This document shows, in pieces, positions 60,740 to 64,000 of a DNA stretch of 64,000 bases. Position numbers and translations under genes: made by a program. The notes beneath the pieces were generated by a model that had not been told where the DNA came from, ran no database searches, and worked only from the letters and a program-made list of their open reading frames with translations. The stretch is from Nitrospirales bacterium (GTDB taxonomy: Bacteria; Nitrospirota; Nitrospiria; Nitrospirales; UBA8639): the NCBI GenBank assembly GCA_965203295.1, contig CBDBCZ010000010.1, positions 375,366 through 439,365 of the forward strand. Reading direction: 5' to 3'. Within the stretch, counting starts at the first letter, position 1, and each line of letters opens with the position of its first letter.

Positions 60740-62742
60740 ATGGAGGTACCCTTGAGCAAGAGTGACAGACCTGGTGCCGCTTTGAACGGTAGAAATCCAG
60801 CAGTTTTAACAATTCCACAGTTAAAACGGTGGTTATTGTGTCGCAAGGTGTCTACAAAAGGGAAAAAGGCTGATCTGGTCGCACGGTGAGTTTCCTGGGA
60901 GACATTATGACCATACATTTGTGCAGATCTAGAAAGGGGGGTCTTCATTGACAGTACTATATAGGTATTAGCTATATTATCCATGATAGTACTGGCCATA
61001 CACTTTGCTTACCTGTCTTACCAATATGGTCTTACAAAGTGGTTAAATAGATGGTCCCTTTTTCTAAGCGTAAAATCCCCTGTCCATGGAGAACCTTTGT
61101 GTCTATGTATTGGAGCTATGCTTTTGCAAAAGTAACCGTCAAATACTTTTCTGTAATAGGGTGCAAGCCTACATTAGGAATGGCTGGTCACACAAGGTTT
61201 TTGACCCTGATCAAAAAGCTGAAAAGCCAAACTGCAGTGGTGTGGAAGTATCCAACAGTTTAGGTAGTGATTGGCAGTCAATAAAGGATGCCTTTACAGC
61301 TAAACAAGTCCATCTTTCATTTACTAATGCCCAGATCATTAATTACTCTGTGGCGAGGACTGCTGTTGATGGTATGCCAGCTAGTGATTTGCAAGCAATC
61401 AACAGCTCAGCTCTAAATTTATTTCGATGTGGACATGTCCAGGACATTAAGATGTGCTTTGACAAGCACCTATGCATCAAAGCAAACTGTTTACCAGAAA
61501 TGAGGAAAGACTGTGTATATAAACTCTTTTTGTTCCTAGATTTAGAGTCATGGGACATTACTGGTGCTGAGTGTGGATGCTCCGCAGGAAAGGGCCCATG
61601 TGCTAGCTGCAAGCATATTGGAGCTATATGTTATGCTCTTGAAGAATTTAGTCGCCTTGGCAAACTTCCAGAGTCTCTTACGTGTACTGATAAACTACAG
61701 CAATGGAACAGGCCCCGACCCAAGAAACTGGAGGTAATTCCTGTAGTAAATTTAACTTCTAGGAGGTGTGAAATACTTAAAATTGAAAATAAAGGGAGTT
61801 TACTGAGTACCTTTGACCCTCGGCAACCAAATCGCGAACTTGGTAGTGAAACCATGGAAAGGCTTTGTTGTGACTTGTTGTCTCTCAATCAGCCTTGTGC
61901 CTTTTTGGATATTCTAGTTCCATCACCAGACAAATTCAACATGATCACACATATTCATTACCACCAACTGCCGGTGAGGACATGCACAGAGAAGTACATG
62001 TAAGCAATCCCCTAGAGTTTGAAGAACCCAATTCAGTTGTACTGTCCTATCCTCACAGTAATGAATTTAAAACAATGTGTACTACTGCAAAGTCTGCACT
62101 GAATGTGTCTATGGAGGAGCGGGAAAGAATTGAGAGGGAAACACGAAATTAAACTTCACAGCAAAACTGGTACATTGTGAGGTCCAGACGAATAACAGGC
62201 TCAAAATGTGGCAGGATCCTATGTCAGAGGAGAAAGACTAGTTCTCTTCTTAGGAAATGCTTGTATCCTAAACCCTTACTTACACCCACCCCCTGCCCCC
62301 ATTGCTTGGGGACGCCACCATGAGTCTACTGCCATACGTAAGTACATATCCCATATGAACACTACGGGGAATTCGACAATAACAGTAGAGAAGTGTGGCT
62401 TTATTATCCATCTTGTTGAGATCAAATGTCCCTACACAAAGCCTGAAATGACACCTGAGGAAGCATGCAGTGACCGTAACTTCTGCTGTGAAGTAGTGGA
62501 ATCCAAAATCTGGCTCAAACAAACTCATTCATATTATCAAGTTCAGCTACAACTGTACGTTGGTTCTGACATATCATTGGTGCGATTTCTGTATTTTTAC
62601 TTGTAAGGGATTGTCGATACAGCGCATTTTACCTGACCCTAAATGGCAAGCAAAATGTGTTTCTGAACTGGAGTGCTTTTTTGATGAGTATGTTGTACCT
62701 GAACTTGTTTTTCCCCTGCAGAAACCAGGATACATTCTTTGA
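60740..62742 (+). pseudogene. SAP + SWIM zinc finger + YqaJ exonuclease accessory gene
   Basis: SAP (LTIPQLKRWLLCRKVSTKGKKADLVAR); intron 60886-61159; SWIM (AECGCSAGKGPCASCKHIGA); YqaJ (WYIVRSRRITGS, WGRHHESTA, LVEIKCP, YYQVQLQL, WCDF). Frameshifts and a stop. Confidence 0.88.
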
Positions 62743-62759
62743 ATGCAAACAAGTATAAC

Positions 62760-64000
62760 TCAACAAAGGGGTGGATAAAAATTTGTTAGAACAGCACATA
62801 CATAGAAAACCTGATTAGCAGTGTCCCTAAATGATGATGAAAGAGCTCTGTCAAAGATATGGAAATTTTTTAACTGTTCCATAGCTCTTTCCACATGTAT
62901 TCGTAGAGAAGCAATACGCCTGGTTTCAACAAGTTCACAATCACTAAGCTGTTTTCCCCTTAGAAACGGTGGTATATTTAACCTCACTCCCAATAATGCT
63001 CAATGTCGAAGCCTCTGTCAGCCAAAACAGAATCCCCCTTTTCTAAAAAAATCAAGGAGACCACATCGGCAAGTTAGTTCTTTATCTGAAATTGAGCCTG
63101 GATATAAATCAGATACAAAGCGACCGCACTAGATGGTGATATGCCTATTAAACCCTTATATGTATTGTGATTTTTATAACTTGAAAATGTTAATTGCTGT
63201 AGTTCTGGAAGAGCGGGTTGTTCCACAAACACCTCAGTTGCATCGATAATCACCCTGGTAGACGGGTACTTTTCCTTGAAGCCTTTGGGCATATTGGAAT
63301 GAATCAGGGCTCTAGGGGGCCACAGAGGAATTTGCTTAAAGTAGATGAATCCATGTGCTGATGATACGCGAAACTGTGGACTGGGAAATGCCAAATCGGT
63401 AGGCTAAATCTTGCTCAAATAGTCCAAGATGGAGTCGAACAAGTACAAGAAAAAACTCCTCCAGAGGAGAAAGTACCCTTTTCCTGCCCTTACTAGATTT
63501 AGTTTGTGTCTCAACTGTTCCACTGGTACTGGGCCAGTAATTCAGCTTGTTGACAGATGGACCCAAAAAATTGAAGCATACCATCAATGCTGATAGTGTT
63601 GAAAAACCAGTATAAAACTTCACTTTTCCATCATCACCACCAATTTTCTTGAGGCGGAAGTGCTGCTTTTACTTTAAATCTTCACATTCATGTTCTAAAT
63701 CTTGGACTTTCATCCTTAACTCACTCAACTCCCTCTCCAGTGACTCAACATCAACTCCAGTAATGTCGATGTTTATTGCTGCATCATGGTAAATGACTGT
63801 AGCAACCTGACTTGGCCTACTGCTTTGTCCAGGAAGTGCATGTCGAATGAGAGGCCGACGTGGTGGCGGTAAGGAGGCTTGCGTTGACAGGATTGGCAAT
63901 TTTAACGTAGTTACCTCTCCGGCAGTAGCATTAACGAAATGCTCACTACACACTCGAGTAGAGTCGTTTAACGGAAGATTCGCCCTGCCAATTTTGCGAA
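62760..64000 (-). pseudogene. THAP + HTH_Tnp_4 + DDE_Tnp_4 transposase
   Basis: THAP TRVCSEHF; KFYTGF; LVLVRLHLGLFEQDLAYRFGISQSTVSRI; RVIIDATEVF; SSYKNHNTYKGLIGISP; IASLRIHVERAM. Frameshifted. Confidence 0.92.

Larger units (their letters stand above)
60619..64000. mobile_element. ISL2EU-type (PIF/Harbinger-related) transposon running off the window
   Basis: Convergent YqaJ and THAP-DDE genes. Candidate terminus AT|GGGCGTTATTTAGAATAAC at 60619; the partner end is outside the window. Confidence 0.8.

Overview
This is eukaryotic (animal) DNA made almost entirely of nested, mostly degenerate transposable elements. The repeat repertoire and short GT-AG introns resemble a basal metazoan such as a demosponge (inference, not verified). 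I could not support any intact host gene, rRNA, tRNA or CRISPR array. Recognisable elements: two full-length piggyBacs (one with a five-exon transposase), several TTAA-flanked piggyBac MITEs, two copies of an RTEX-like LINE, a hAT transposase split by a 2.4-kb foldback element, a Tigger/pogo remnant with TA-flanked MITEs, a Crypton tyrosine-recombinase fragment, a P-like MITE, a DD34E IS630/Tc1-like transposase, CACTA-like fragments beside a multi-exon BEN-domain pseudogene, a Helentron-type RepHel fragment with STPR repeats, a CRE-like fragment, a SINE and an ISL2EU element (THAP-DDE plus SAP-SWIM-YqaJ). Best leads: (1) an unknown PB1-like/SHOCT-like gene paired with the IS630-like transposase; (2) the intron-bearing piggyBac; (3) G-run frameshifts at the same catalytic motif in both piggyBacs; (4) helically phased palindrome pairs at one end of several TTAA-element families. 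All family calls come from reading motifs by eye, without database searches.
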